A DNA stretch of 64,000 bases from Ignavibacteria bacterium (lineage in GTDB: Bacteria > Bacteroidota > Ignavibacteria > Ignavibacteriales > Ignavibacteriaceae), in assembly GCA_037440065.1 (NCBI GenBank), contig JBBIUV010000015.1, forward strand, positions 644,774 through 708,773, given 5' to 3'. Made by a program: the position numbers and the translations under genes. Positions 9,398 to 18,560 of this stretch are shown here, piece after piece (within the stretch, counting starts at the first letter, position 1; the number at the start of each line of letters is the position of its first letter). The notes under the pieces were generated by a model. It was not told the DNA's origin. It did no database searches and saw nothing but the letters and a program-made list of their open reading frames with translations.

Positions 9398-11144
9398 TTC
9401 GTTCTTCTTATTTATTCTTTTCTCCTCTTTACTTTTTCCGCAAACACCGCCGAAAATTACTTTTTCCGGGAATAAAGTCTTTTCAGAAAAAATTTTGTCT
9501 GCGGAATTATCCTCAGTAAATTTTTCCACTCTTACCGACAGTAATAGAATTTATATTGATACTACTTTACAAAAATTATATAACAATGCCGGGTACTTTC
9601 ATTTCAAGATCGATAGTATAAATCTGGTTCAAACTGAAGACAATCAAGTTAAAATTCTCAACTGCTTTCTGCAAGAAGGAGAACCAACATTTATGCACAG
9701 ATTTATGCTTAGCGGAATTGATTCACTTTCCGAGAAAAATATTTTACGTGAAGCTGAAGATTTGGAAGAGACAATTTTTACAAAGCAAAAAATTGAGAAT
9801 TATATTGAACTGATATTCAACGCCTTGGATGAAGAAGGTTATCCATTCACTAAAATAAACATTGAATCAATTTATTTTTTCAACGACTCCACTTCTCAGA
9901 AATATTATGCCGATGTTTATCTTTCAATTAATAAAAATAAAGAAAGCCGCATTAATCGGTTTGAAATAACCGGGAATACAAAAACCAAAGACTACGTTAT
10001 CATTCGCGAGTTAGGTTTGCACACTAACGAAATGTATTCACAAAAGAAGATTGATGAAATTCCAAAACGATTAAACCGTCTCCGCTTTTTTGATCCCGTC
10101 TCTGAAGCGCAATTTTTTTTTTCGCAGAAGGATGAGGGAGTCTTAAAAATAGAAGTGAAAGAAAAAGAGACAAATAACTTCGACGGTATTATTGGATATC
10201 TTCCGGGCGATTCAAAAACAACAAGCGGTTATTTCTCCGGTTTATTAAATGTAAGTCTCCGCAATTTATTTGGAACCGGAAGAGCAGCCGCTTTCCGGTG
10301 GCAGAAGATTGACAGACTTTCCCAGGAACTTGAATTAAAATACTTTGAGCCTTGGATGTTTGATTTCCCCTTTCATTTTAACTTGGGTTTATTTCAGAAA
10401 AAACAGGATAGCTCCTACGTACAGCGCAAATACAGCTTTGCGTTGGATTATTCTGCTACAAGCAATATAACTGTCTCAGGAACTGTTGATTACGAAAGAA
10501 TCATTCCCTCTCTAAACGATTACGGATTTATCTCAGTATTTAATGCTACATTAATTTCCACCGGGTTAACAGTAAAATATGATTCGCGTGACGATCCTTA
10601 CTCACCGACGGAAGGGATTTATTTTTCAAATGCTTACATTTACACAAAAAAGAGCATAAATGGTCCTGTACAATTGATGACTGCTTCGACTGAAACAAAA
10701 GTAATTCATCAAAAAATTATTGCAGATTTTAATATTTACGGTGAACTGTTTAAGCGCCAGGTTTTAGCGTTGGGCGTACACGGAAGAGAATTGCAAGGCC
10801 CGCAGGTAGAAATCTCCGACATGTTTTTATTGGGAGGAACAAATTCACTCCGCGGATATAGAGAAAATCAATTTCTTGCTTCACGCATTGCATGGACAAA
10901 TCTGGAGTACCGGTTTCTTCTAACAAGGCGAACTTATGCCTTCTCCTTTTTTGATGCTGGATATTTTTTGCAAACAGCAAATGTAGAACGAAATATTTCC
11001 AGATCATCCGGGACAAAGATCGGTTATGGTATCGGTCTTCATGTTGAAACGGGACTTGGTATTTTAAATGTTAATTTTGCTTTTGCAAAAGGAGATTCTT
11101 TCAGCGAGGGGAAAATACATTTTGGAATTATTAATGAATTTTAG
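9381..11144 (+). CDS. Omp85/BamA-TamA family outer-membrane protein
   Basis: Signal peptide, POTRA-like repeats (RFEITGNTKTKDYVIIREL), C-terminal beta-barrel ending ...GIINEF (terminal Phe). Confidence 0.7.
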   Translation: MTRLNSSFFLFILFSSLLFPQTPPKITFSGNKVFSEKILSAELSSVNFSTLTDSNRIYIDTTLQKLYNNAGYFHFKIDSINLVQTEDNQVKILNCFLQEGEPTFMHRFMLSGIDSLSEKNILREAEDLEETIFTKQKIENYIELIFNALDEEGYPFTKINIESIYFFNDSTSQKYYADVYLSINKNKESRINRFEITGNTKTKDYVIIRELGLHTNEMYSQKKIDEIPKRLNRLRFFDPVSEAQFFFSQKDEGVLKIEVKEKETNNFDGIIGYLPGDSKTTSGYFSGLLNVSLRNLFGTGRAAAFRWQKIDRLSQELELKYFEPWMFDFPFHFNLGLFQKKQDSSYVQRKYSFALDYSATSNITVSGTVDYERIIPSLNDYGFISVFNATLISTGLTVKYDSRDDPYSPTEGIYFSNAYIYTKKSINGPVQLMTASTETKVIHQKIIADFNIYGELFKRQVLALGVHGRELQGPQVEISDMFLLGGTNSLRGYRENQFLASRIAWTNLEYRFLLTRRTYAFSFFDAGYFLQTANVERNISRSSGTKIGYGIGLHVETGLGILNVNFAFAKGDSFSEGKIHFGIINEF

Positions 11145-11990
11145 TTGATAAAAGAAGAGATTCACATAAACATTTTGAAAATTATAAGGCCAACTAATGT
11201 TGCAATAACTTTTTTTACTGTTATTGTCGCCGGATTTATTTGTTCCGGAAATAAAAGAGTTACCTTCGGAGTACTTTTCGCATCGTTTGCTGCAGCCGCA
11301 ATAGCAGCTTCGGCAAATATTATTAATGATTATTTTGATATTGAGATCGATAAGATCAATCGTCCTGAAAGAATTCTTGCAAGCAGGAAAATGAGTCCGC
11401 AAACGGCACTCATTTTTTATTTCTTTTTTGTTACAGCTGGAACGGCATTATCACTTCTTGTAAATATTACGGCTCTTTTTATCATACTTGGATCAGTTGT
11501 GCTAACGTTTTATTATTCTTATCAACTTAAGCAAATCCCCTTGTTAGGAAATATTGTCGTTGCCTTCTTTACAGGGATGGCTTTTTTATTCGGAGGTGTA
11601 GCGATGGGAAAATCTGAACCGGTTGTGTTCCCGTTTATTTTTGCGTTCACCGTAAACCTGATGAGAGAAATTGTGAAAGATATGGAGGACGCTGAGGGAG
11701 ATGCAAAAGTTGGTGTTATTACGTTTCCAGTGAAGTTTGGATTTGAAAACGCGAAAACGCTTCTTTATGTTTTTGGACTTTTCTTGTTAATCGCCATGCT
11801 CATTCCATTTCTTTTAAAAATATATACTGCAAAATATTTATTGGTCATCACGGTTGGAGTAGTTCCGATGCTGATTTATAGTATGTATATACTGCATAGA
11901 GAGCATGACAAAAAATCATTTGGCAGAGTAAGTTCTTTGCTTAAATGGCAAATGATTATAGGCTTATTTGCAATTTTGTTTGGCAAATGA
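11145..11990 (+). CDS. UbiA-family prenyltransferase
   Basis: NIINDYFDIEIDKINRPERIL (NxxxDxxxD) and a second Asp-rich motif (EIVKDMEDAEGD). Nine TM helices. TTG start right after the upstream stop. Confidence 0.7.
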   Translation: MIKEEIHINILKIIRPTNVAITFFTVIVAGFICSGNKRVTFGVLFASFAAAAIAASANIINDYFDIEIDKINRPERILASRKMSPQTALIFYFFFVTAGTALSLLVNITALFIILGSVVLTFYYSYQLKQIPLLGNIVVAFFTGMAFLFGGVAMGKSEPVVFPFIFAFTVNLMREIVKDMEDAEGDAKVGVITFPVKFGFENAKTLLYVFGLFLLIAMLIPFLLKIYTAKYLLVITVGVVPMLIYSMYILHREHDKKSFGRVSSLLKWQMIIGLFAILFGK

Positions 11991-12601
11991 AAAAGTTTGA
12001 CGATTCATTCCGCACTGAAGAAATTCAATTGATTGCTGGAGTTGATGAAGCCGGGCGGGGCCCTTTAGCTGGTCCCGTTGTTGCGGCCGCAATCGTTTTT
12101 CATCCAACAACATTTATAGTGGGAGTAAATGATTCCAAAAAACTTTCTCATCTCCAACGGGAAAAACTTTTTGATTTAATAACTGAACAAGCTTTATCCT
12201 TTGCCTATGAAGTTATTCCTCACACAATCATTGAAGAGATAAATATTTTGCAAGCATCGCTTCTAGCGATGAAAAAGTCTGTGGAAAAGTTGAAGACTTC
12301 TCCTCATCTCATTCTGATTGACGGAAATAAAACATTCCAGACCGATGTAGCAAAGAAAGCTATTGTGAAGGGAGATGCAAAATCTTTTTCGATTGCCGCC
12401 GCATCGATCATAGCTAAAGTTATTCGTGATGAAATTATGGTTAAGTTATCTGCTGAATATCCGGTTTATAAATGGGAGAAGAATAAGGGATATGCAACTG
12501 TAGAGCATATAGCCGCAGTAAAGAAATATGGCGCATCGCCTTATCACCGAAAAACTTTTTTAAGAAAGATTTTAGGAGGACAACTTGCTATCTTCAACTA
12601 A
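11987..12601 (+). CDS. rnhB: Ribonuclease HII (the ATG at 11987 is preferred over 11945, which overlaps the UbiA gene)
   Basis: GVDEAGRGPLAGPVVAAAIVF and DSKKLS motifs. Confidence 0.85.
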   Translation: MKKFDDSFRTEEIQLIAGVDEAGRGPLAGPVVAAAIVFHPTTFIVGVNDSKKLSHLQREKLFDLITEQALSFAYEVIPHTIIEEINILQASLLAMKKSVEKLKTSPHLILIDGNKTFQTDVAKKAIVKGDAKSFSIAAASIIAKVIRDEIMVKLSAEYPVYKWEKNKGYATVEHIAAVKKYGASPYHRKTFLRKILGGQLAIFN

Positions 12602-12611
12602 AGAAAAATGA

Positions 12612-12941
12612 AAGGAAGGAGAAGATCTTGCCGTTTCTTTTCTTTTAGAAAAAGGATTTGAGATCATCGAACGGAATTACCGTTACGGGAAAGGGGAAAT
12701 CGACGTCATTGCAAGAGATAAGCAATATCTTGTTTTTGTTGAAGTAAAATCGCGAGAAAGTTTGGAATACGGCAAACCGGAGGAGGCAATAACCAAAAGA
12801 AAAATAAGTCAGATCAGAAAAATTGCCGAAGCCTATCTCGCTGAAAAAAACATCACTGATGAAAATATAAGATTTGATGTTGTTGCTATTTTGTTCATTG
12901 GCGGTGAGACAACAATCAACTATTATGAGAATGCTTTCTAA
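12612..12941 (+). CDS. yraN: YraN-family (UPF0102) endonuclease-like protein. No in-frame start codon; apparent 1-nt frameshift near the start
   Basis: Translation ...GEDLAVSFLLEKGFEIIERNYRYGKGEIDVIARDKQYLVFVEVKSRES...RFDVVAILF matches YraN. The ORF track missed it. The canonical rnhB-yraN neighbourhood is present. Confidence 0.6.
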   Translation, partial: KEGEDLAVSFLLEKGFEIIERNYRYGKGEIDVIARDKQYLVFVEVKSRESLEYGKPEEAITKRKISQIRKIAEAYLAEKNITDENIRFDVVAILFIGGETTINYYENAF

Positions 12942-13031
12942 GCTTTTCCATGAGTGGGTTTCTTGGGTAAACATTTTTTCTTATTTTTATCTTAACAAAA
13001 GAAAAGAATCTAACGTAACCGATATTAATAA

Positions 13032-13826
13032 TTGAAAAATCTTGTAAAAAAACATAGCGCTGCGTATAACAACTTTTCCGGCTTCCTTTTTGGTGTGGGG
13101 CAATTCTTCGAATTCTGCTTCCGATTTCTCAAAAATGTCTTTATGCCTCCATATGAATTTCACGAAATAAAAAAACACATGGATGAACTCGGCGTTAAAA
13201 CACTCCCGATCGTAAGCGTAACAGGTTTTATCATTGGGGTTGTACTTGCGCTGCAAAGTCAGCCGATCATGGCAAGGTTTGGCGCTGAATCATTTTTACC
13301 TGCAATGGTTTCACTTTCGGTGGTTAGAGAATTGGGTCCCGTTATTACCGCGTTAATTTTTGCAGGTAGGGTAAGCTCCGGAATTGGTGCAGAACTCGGT
13401 TCCATGCGGGTAACCGAGCAGATCGATGCGATGGAAGTTTCTGCGATTGATCCTTTCCGCTATTTGGTGGTTACGAGAGTTACTGCTTGCGCATTGATCC
13501 TACCGATGTTAACGTTATATGTTGTCTTCTTAGCTATCTTTGGCGGCTATCTTGCAATGATTCTTTCACAAAGTATGTCGTTACAGCTTTATGTGGTTTC
13601 GGTTGTAGAGGCAATTAAGTTCGGGGATATTATTCCCGGGGTTGGTAAAACCTTTTTCTTTGGATTTATCGTTGGAATAGTTGGTGCATTCAAAGGATAC
13701 AATGCAGACAAAGGAACCGAAGGCGTAGGCAAAGCTTCAACCACTTCTGTGGTTCTTTCATCGTTGTTAATTTTAGTTACCGATACGGTACTTGTAAAAC
13801 TTACGTTGTGGATATGGCCGACGTAG
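13032..13826 (+). CDS. mlaE: MlaE-family ABC transporter permease
   Basis: ELGPVITALIFAGRVSSGIGAELGSMRVTEQIDAMEV signature. TTG start at 13032; an internal ATG at 13143 is an alternative. Confidence 0.8.
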   Translation: MKNLVKKHSAAYNNFSGFLFGVGQFFEFCFRFLKNVFMPPYEFHEIKKHMDELGVKTLPIVSVTGFIIGVVLALQSQPIMARFGAESFLPAMVSLSVVRELGPVITALIFAGRVSSGIGAELGSMRVTEQIDAMEVSAIDPFRYLVVTRVTACALILPMLTLYVVFLAIFGGYLAMILSQSMSLQLYVVSVVEAIKFGDIIPGVGKTFFFGFIVGIVGAFKGYNADKGTEGVGKASTTSVVLSSLLILVTDTVLVKLTLWIWPT

Positions 13827-14563
13827 CATTTGTAAAAATATCACACATTTCAAAAGCGTTCGGAGACTTTGTTGTTCTCGATGATGTTTCGCTTTCTGTG
13901 AACCATGGAGAAAATCTTGTTGTTTTCGGAAAAAGCGGAACAGGTAAAAGCGTTCTCTTAAAATGTATGGTACAACTTTTAATTCCGGATAGTGGGGAAG
14001 TTTTTATAGACGGGAAAAATGTTCACAATATTTCTTTTAAAGAATTGCAGGAACTTAGAAAAAATATCGGGTTCCTTTTCCAAAGTGCAGCGTTGTACGA
14101 TTCAATGTCGGTAAGGGAAAATCTTGCTTTCCCTTTGATACGAAATTTCTTCTTTACTAAACAAGAAGTTGAAGCGAAAGTAAAACGGGCGTTGGAAATG
14201 GTCTCGCTTGAACATGCCATCGATAAAATGCCTTCGGAGCTTTCCGGCGGAATGCGTAAACGGATTGGACTTGCCCGTTCTATAATTACCGAACCGAAAT
14301 TAATGTTGTATGATGAACCAACAACGGGACTTGATCCGATCACAACAAAAGAGATAAGTCGGTTAATAAGAGATTTGCAGAACCAATTGGAGATGACCTC
14401 AATAATTATCACACATGATTTAGCCTGTGCACAGATTATTTCTGATAGAGCGGTAGTCTTAGACAAAGGGAAAATAAAATATGAAGGAAGCTTGAAGGAA
14501 TTGACCGCTTCAACCGATCCTTTTTTGCATGATTTTTTTACTAATGAAATAAAAGAAGATTAG
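13808..14563 (+). CDS. mlaF: MlaF-like ABC transporter ATP-binding protein
   Basis: Walker A GKSGTGKS, signature LSGGMRKR, Walker B LMLYDEPTTGLD. Confidence 0.8.
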   Translation: MDMADVAFVKISHISKAFGDFVVLDDVSLSVNHGENLVVFGKSGTGKSVLLKCMVQLLIPDSGEVFIDGKNVHNISFKELQELRKNIGFLFQSAALYDSMSVRENLAFPLIRNFFFTKQEVEAKVKRALEMVSLEHAIDKMPSELSGGMRKRIGLARSIITEPKLMLYDEPTTGLDPITTKEISRLIRDLQNQLEMTSIIITHDLACAQIISDRAVVLDKGKIKYEGSLKELTASTDPFLHDFFTNEIKED

Positions 14564-14573
14564 CGGAGTTTTT

Positions 14574-15620
14574 ATGGAATCAAAAGGCAGCACCATCAGA
14601 TTGGGAATTTTTATTCTCATTGGGTCGATCCTTTTTCTCGTAGCAGTTTTTCTGTTGGGAAACAAGCAAGCCCTCTTTGCTTCTACTTTTGAAGTGAAGG
14701 CATATTTCTCAACCATTGAAGGATTGCGCAAAGGAGCTCCCGTACGTCTCAGCGGTATTGAAGTTGGGAATGTAAATGACTTGAGAATTATGAGAGATTC
14801 CATGGCCCGGGTTGAAGTAACGCTTCGTCTCGTATCGGATATTAAACCTTTCATAAAAGAAGATATGCGCGCTTCAATAGAGACCGAGGGACTTGTTGGA
14901 AACAAGGTGATTGTTTTGCACGTCGGTTCTACAGCTTCAAAACAAGTTGAAAGCGGCGGAACAATTAGGGCTGATGATCCTTTAAATTTTGGTGCACTAG
15001 TGAATGAAGCAAAAGGAACGCTTGAATACACAAAAGATATGGCGCGTAATCTTGCAGAAATTGTAGGCAAAGTAAATAACGGTTCCGGCTCGATAGGAAA
15101 ACTTGTAAATAACGATGATCTTTATAACAACACCAACAGATTAATTGTTACGGCTGATAGAAGTCTCGGCTCTATTTCTTATAAACTTGATACCCTAGCA
15201 AACGTAGTTAATACGCTGGGAACCGATGTTCAGTCGGTGGTCCGAAATGTTGACCATTCGGTTAAAGGAATTGATGAACTTATTAATAGTGTGCAGAGCG
15301 GAAAAGGAGTTTTGGGGAAAATGCTTTCCGATAAATCGCCGCTCGATAGTTCTCTTGCTTCGGTGTTCGCAAATCTCATAAAAATAACCGAAGAAACTAA
15401 ATTGGGAACCGAACGCTTCTCGGAAAACATGGAGGCGTTAAAATATAATTGGCTCTTTAAGAGTTACTTTGAACAACGGGGAATGTATGATAAACCCGGT
15501 TACGAAATGAAGCTTGATAAATTTTTAGAAGATATTAATACCCGCATCAAGATTCTTGATGACCGAATCAAAAAGCTTAACAGTTTAATGAATGAGAAAA
15601 AGTTAGAAAGTGTGAATTAA
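14574..15620 (+). CDS. mlaD: MlaD/MCE-family substrate-binding protein
   Basis: N-terminal TM then MCE domain (VRLSGIEVGNVNDL); long coiled-coil tail. Confidence 0.75.
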   Translation: MESKGSTIRLGIFILIGSILFLVAVFLLGNKQALFASTFEVKAYFSTIEGLRKGAPVRLSGIEVGNVNDLRIMRDSMARVEVTLRLVSDIKPFIKEDMRASIETEGLVGNKVIVLHVGSTASKQVESGGTIRADDPLNFGALVNEAKGTLEYTKDMARNLAEIVGKVNNGSGSIGKLVNNDDLYNNTNRLIVTADRSLGSISYKLDTLANVVNTLGTDVQSVVRNVDHSVKGIDELINSVQSGKGVLGKMLSDKSPLDSSLASVFANLIKITEETKLGTERFSENMEALKYNWLFKSYFEQRGMYDKPGYEMKLDKFLEDINTRIKILDDRIKKLNSLMNEKKLESVN

Positions 15621-15684
15621 TTCATGCTGCAGGTTTGAGTGAAATTTATGCTAAGCATATTATAAAATAATTTGTCATCACAAT

Positions 15685-16197
15685 ATGAACCTAATGGATA
15701 AAAACGGCAACAAGCAAAGAAATTTTTTTATTTTTTTTCGACTTCTTCTTAAAATTCCTGTTCCATGGGTATTCCTCTTAGCTTATCTAATAGGGGTAGG
15801 AATGCAGTCTCTTTTCCAACCTTGGAGCGTTTCTGATGAAGTGAAAAACATAAGTTTAATTACCGGTATCATTTTGTTTGCAACAGGGGGCATATTTGCA
15901 GGATGGAGTTTGTTTATATTCCACAAAGCTTCTACCACCACAACTCCCGGTGAAAAATCAGTGGCTCTTATTAAACGTGGCCCCTACAAAATAAGCCGCA
16001 ATCCAATGTATATAAGTTTAACACTCGCTTATCTTGGCGAAGCAGGAATGCTTGCCCAACTATGGCCGTTGTTGCTTCTGTTTTTTACTTTAGCTTACAT
16101 ACAGCGGATTGTAATTCCGCTGGAAGAAAGTAAACTAAAAGAAGTTTTCGGGGAAGAGTATGAGCGGTATTGTTCTGCCGTCAGAAGATGGATATGA
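15685..16197 (+). CDS. Isoprenylcysteine carboxyl methyltransferase (ICMT/PEMT) family membrane protein
   Basis: C-terminal RGPYKISRNPMYISLTLAYLG...EESKLKEVFGEEYERYCSAVRRWI. Confidence 0.7.
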   Translation: MNLMDKNGNKQRNFFIFFRLLLKIPVPWVFLLAYLIGVGMQSLFQPWSVSDEVKNISLITGIILFATGGIFAGWSLFIFHKASTTTTPGEKSVALIKRGPYKISRNPMYISLTLAYLGEAGMLAQLWPLLLLFFTLAYIQRIVIPLEESKLKEVFGEEYERYCSAVRRWI

Positions 16198-16713
16198 GTT
16201 AATTACTTCTTGAGGTATAAATCAATAAATAAAAGAATTGTCACACACTATCTTGATAAATAAATCCCAGCCTTCCACCGAGACAGATGGACGGAATATC
16301 AATGAAACAAATAGACTGATTGATGAGAAAGCTGTTTTTCCTCCAGTCGCGCAGCCGCTCAATCAGTCTCCCTAAATTAATTGATTTTTGTTGTTCTAAA
16401 AAAATATTTTAATTTTGTTCACAAGAACCGCATTTAAAAGAAAATTTTAAGCGCGGGGTTAAAACGGAAATGGTTTTCAACATTAGAGGAGGTTCTGTTT
16501 GATGTCCATACACCTAAAAATTACCAACTGTAAAAACAAATACAGTTAGGTAGAGAACTAATTGCTTAAGCCGGTACACCCGCAACAATGCGCTTACAAA
16601 AAGGGGCAGTTAGTTCTTAATCCAATCCAAGTAAATCAAAAAAATTATTCCAAGATGCTGTTGTAGACTCGAAATGACTGTCACTTTAAATTGGTTAGCA
16701 TTAAGTAATAATC

Positions 16714-17220
16714 ATGCAAACAGAATTAGAACACATATTAATAAGCACATATAAAGATGGGATGATAGATTATATGGATTCTCATCCAGAAGCCTATGAA
16801 GAAGCGGTTCAATTAGCAATATCTGACAAGCAGCCATTTGCCTGGCGTGCAGCCTGGTTGCTATGGAGCTGCATGGAAGAGAATGACGGGCGGATAAAAC
16901 CGTATATAAAAGATATTGTTAATGTTGTTAAATCAAAAAATGACGGACATCAAAGGGAATTGCTAAAAATACTTTTACTCATGAACATTGATAAAAAGTA
17001 TGAAGGGATATTATTTAATCTTTGTATGATTGTCTGGGAAGAGATAAACAAAACTCCCTCGGTAAGAATGACGGCTTTTAAGTTCATCTTAAAGCTTGTA
17101 AAAAAACATCCGGAATTGTCCAACGAGATAACCTTTCTTTTACAAGAGAGATATTTAGACACGTTATCTCCCGGTGTAAGAAAATCTATTTCAAAGATGA
17201 AGAAGGAAGATGTTTTTTAG
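16714..17220 (+). CDS. Hypothetical all-alpha protein (HEAT/AlkD-like repeats?)
   Basis: 168 aa with no signal peptide. Weak resemblance only. Sits in a possibly rearranged region. Confidence 0.35.
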   Translation: MQTELEHILISTYKDGMIDYMDSHPEAYEEAVQLAISDKQPFAWRAAWLLWSCMEENDGRIKPYIKDIVNVVKSKNDGHQRELLKILLLMNIDKKYEGILFNLCMIVWEEINKTPSVRMTAFKFILKLVKKHPELSNEITFLLQERYLDTLSPGVRKSISKMKKEDVF

Positions 17221-17263
17221 TTGTGAATTTGTGCAGACGAGGAAAATGATTTTAATCAAGTAA
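17210..17263 (+). pseudogene. Remnant 3' end of a T9SS type-A C-terminal sorting domain (MFFSCEFVQTRKMILIK*)
   Basis: gtgcagacgaggaaaatgatttt at 17231-17253 matches gtgcagacgaagaaaatgatttt at 19779-19801 (22/23), the tail of the 18561 T9SS gene. The peptide tail is ...FVQTRKMILIK versus ...FVQTKKMILLR. Confidence 0.45.
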
Positions 17264-17276
17264 AATTAGGAGAGTT

Positions 17277-18512
17277 GTGAAAAAAATATTAATTGTTTTG
17301 ATAATCCTTAGCTGTCATTCTGTTAATGGACAGTGGACCAAACTAAACAGTACAATCAGTCATAATCTTAATTCAGTTCACTTTATTGATGACCAAACTG
17401 GCTGGGTTTGTGGTGATAGTGGAGCGATTATGAAAACTACAGATGGAGGAACAAATTGGAATTCCTATTATGTGAGTAATCTTTTCAATTTAATGTCTAT
17501 ACGGTTTTATGATTCTCAGAAAGGTGTTGTTGTCGGAACAAAATCTGTAATTTATACTACAGAAGATGGAGGTATTACCTGGTCGTTAAAAAATCTAAAT
17601 CCGGATATTAATCTTAATCAAGTAAGGTACATTGATTCCGCAAAAATATTAATTGTTGGGAACAGTGGAAGAATGTTATTGTCAACAGATTGGGGAAATA
17701 ATTGGATAACACCGGGAACTCCGGCTCTGAGTAATGATTTACATAGTATATCTTTCTTGACAAATAAAGTGGGCTGGGTAGGTGCAGACAATTCAATTAT
17801 TAAAACCATTAATGGTGGAACTATTTGGCTTTCAAAAGGAGAGAGTTGGAATGACACCAAAATATTCGCACTTAATGATACACTTCTCTGGAAAACCAGC
17901 TGGAGACAGGTAACAGGTAATTTTGACCCACCACATAATTATATAGAGCGATCAACTAATGGTGGGGTAAGCTGGACACAACAGTCTAATAATATCGGTT
18001 ATGCTTTACCAGCTATATATTTTGATCAGCTGAAAAGAGGATTTGTCCTAAATGGTTACGTTGGAGGATGTTTTGTTACAACAAATGGTGGACTTAATTG
18101 GAGTAGTCAAGCAATCGATGGTAAATTAAATGATTTTTGTTTTATTGATATTGCAAAAGGTTGGATAGTGGGAGATGCAGGTGTTATGTATAGAACCACA
18201 AACGGTGGTGGTGTATTTACGGATGTAGAACAAGAAGGAAATAACCTGCCTACCACTATGTTAGTACAAAATTATCCTAATCCGTTTAACCCGGTTACGC
18301 ACATAACATATTCAATTCCGCAAACAGGTTTCGTGAAATTAAAAGTATTTGATTTGCTTGGGAACGAGATTACAACTTTAGTAAATGAAGAAAAACAAGG
18401 AGGCAATTATGAAGTTGAGTTTGATGGAACTCAATTACCAAGCGGGATATATTTTTACCAGGCAATTGTCGGTAAAAATGTAATAACGAAAAAAATGATG
18501 CTCACTAAATAA
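17277..18512 (+). CDS. T9SS cargo protein: BNR/Ycf48-like beta-propeller with T9SS type-A C-terminal sorting domain
   Basis: GTG start and signal peptide. Repeated TxDGGxxW / SxNxGxxW propeller motifs. C-terminal NYPNPFNP...KVFDLLGNE...SGIYFYQ sorting domain. Confidence 0.65.
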   Translation: MKKILIVLIILSCHSVNGQWTKLNSTISHNLNSVHFIDDQTGWVCGDSGAIMKTTDGGTNWNSYYVSNLFNLMSIRFYDSQKGVVVGTKSVIYTTEDGGITWSLKNLNPDINLNQVRYIDSAKILIVGNSGRMLLSTDWGNNWITPGTPALSNDLHSISFLTNKVGWVGADNSIIKTINGGTIWLSKGESWNDTKIFALNDTLLWKTSWRQVTGNFDPPHNYIERSTNGGVSWTQQSNNIGYALPAIYFDQLKRGFVLNGYVGGCFVTTNGGLNWSSQAIDGKLNDFCFIDIAKGWIVGDAGVMYRTTNGGGVFTDVEQEGNNLPTTMLVQNYPNPFNPVTHITYSIPQTGFVKLKVFDLLGNEITTLVNEEKQGGNYEVEFDGTQLPSGIYFYQAIVGKNVITKKMMLTK

Positions 18513-18560
18513 CAAAGTAATCGCCGGCAATTTTACGATTTAAATTGGAGAGAAAAATAA

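Noticed and set aside
12645-12974. 109-aa minus-strand ORF
   Set aside because: It is the antisense shadow of the yraN coding frame found on the plus strand.
13143-13826. Alternative internal ATG start for mlaE
   Set aside because: MlaE homologues carry an N-terminal extension like the one encoded from the TTG at 13032. This alternative cannot be excluded without RBS or proteomic data, so it is kept as a note only.
14023-15070. Minus-strand ORFs of 147 and 186 aa inside mlaF/mlaD
   Set aside because: They are antisense to strongly supported ABC-ATPase and MCE genes. Their composition is Ser/Ile-rich low complexity.
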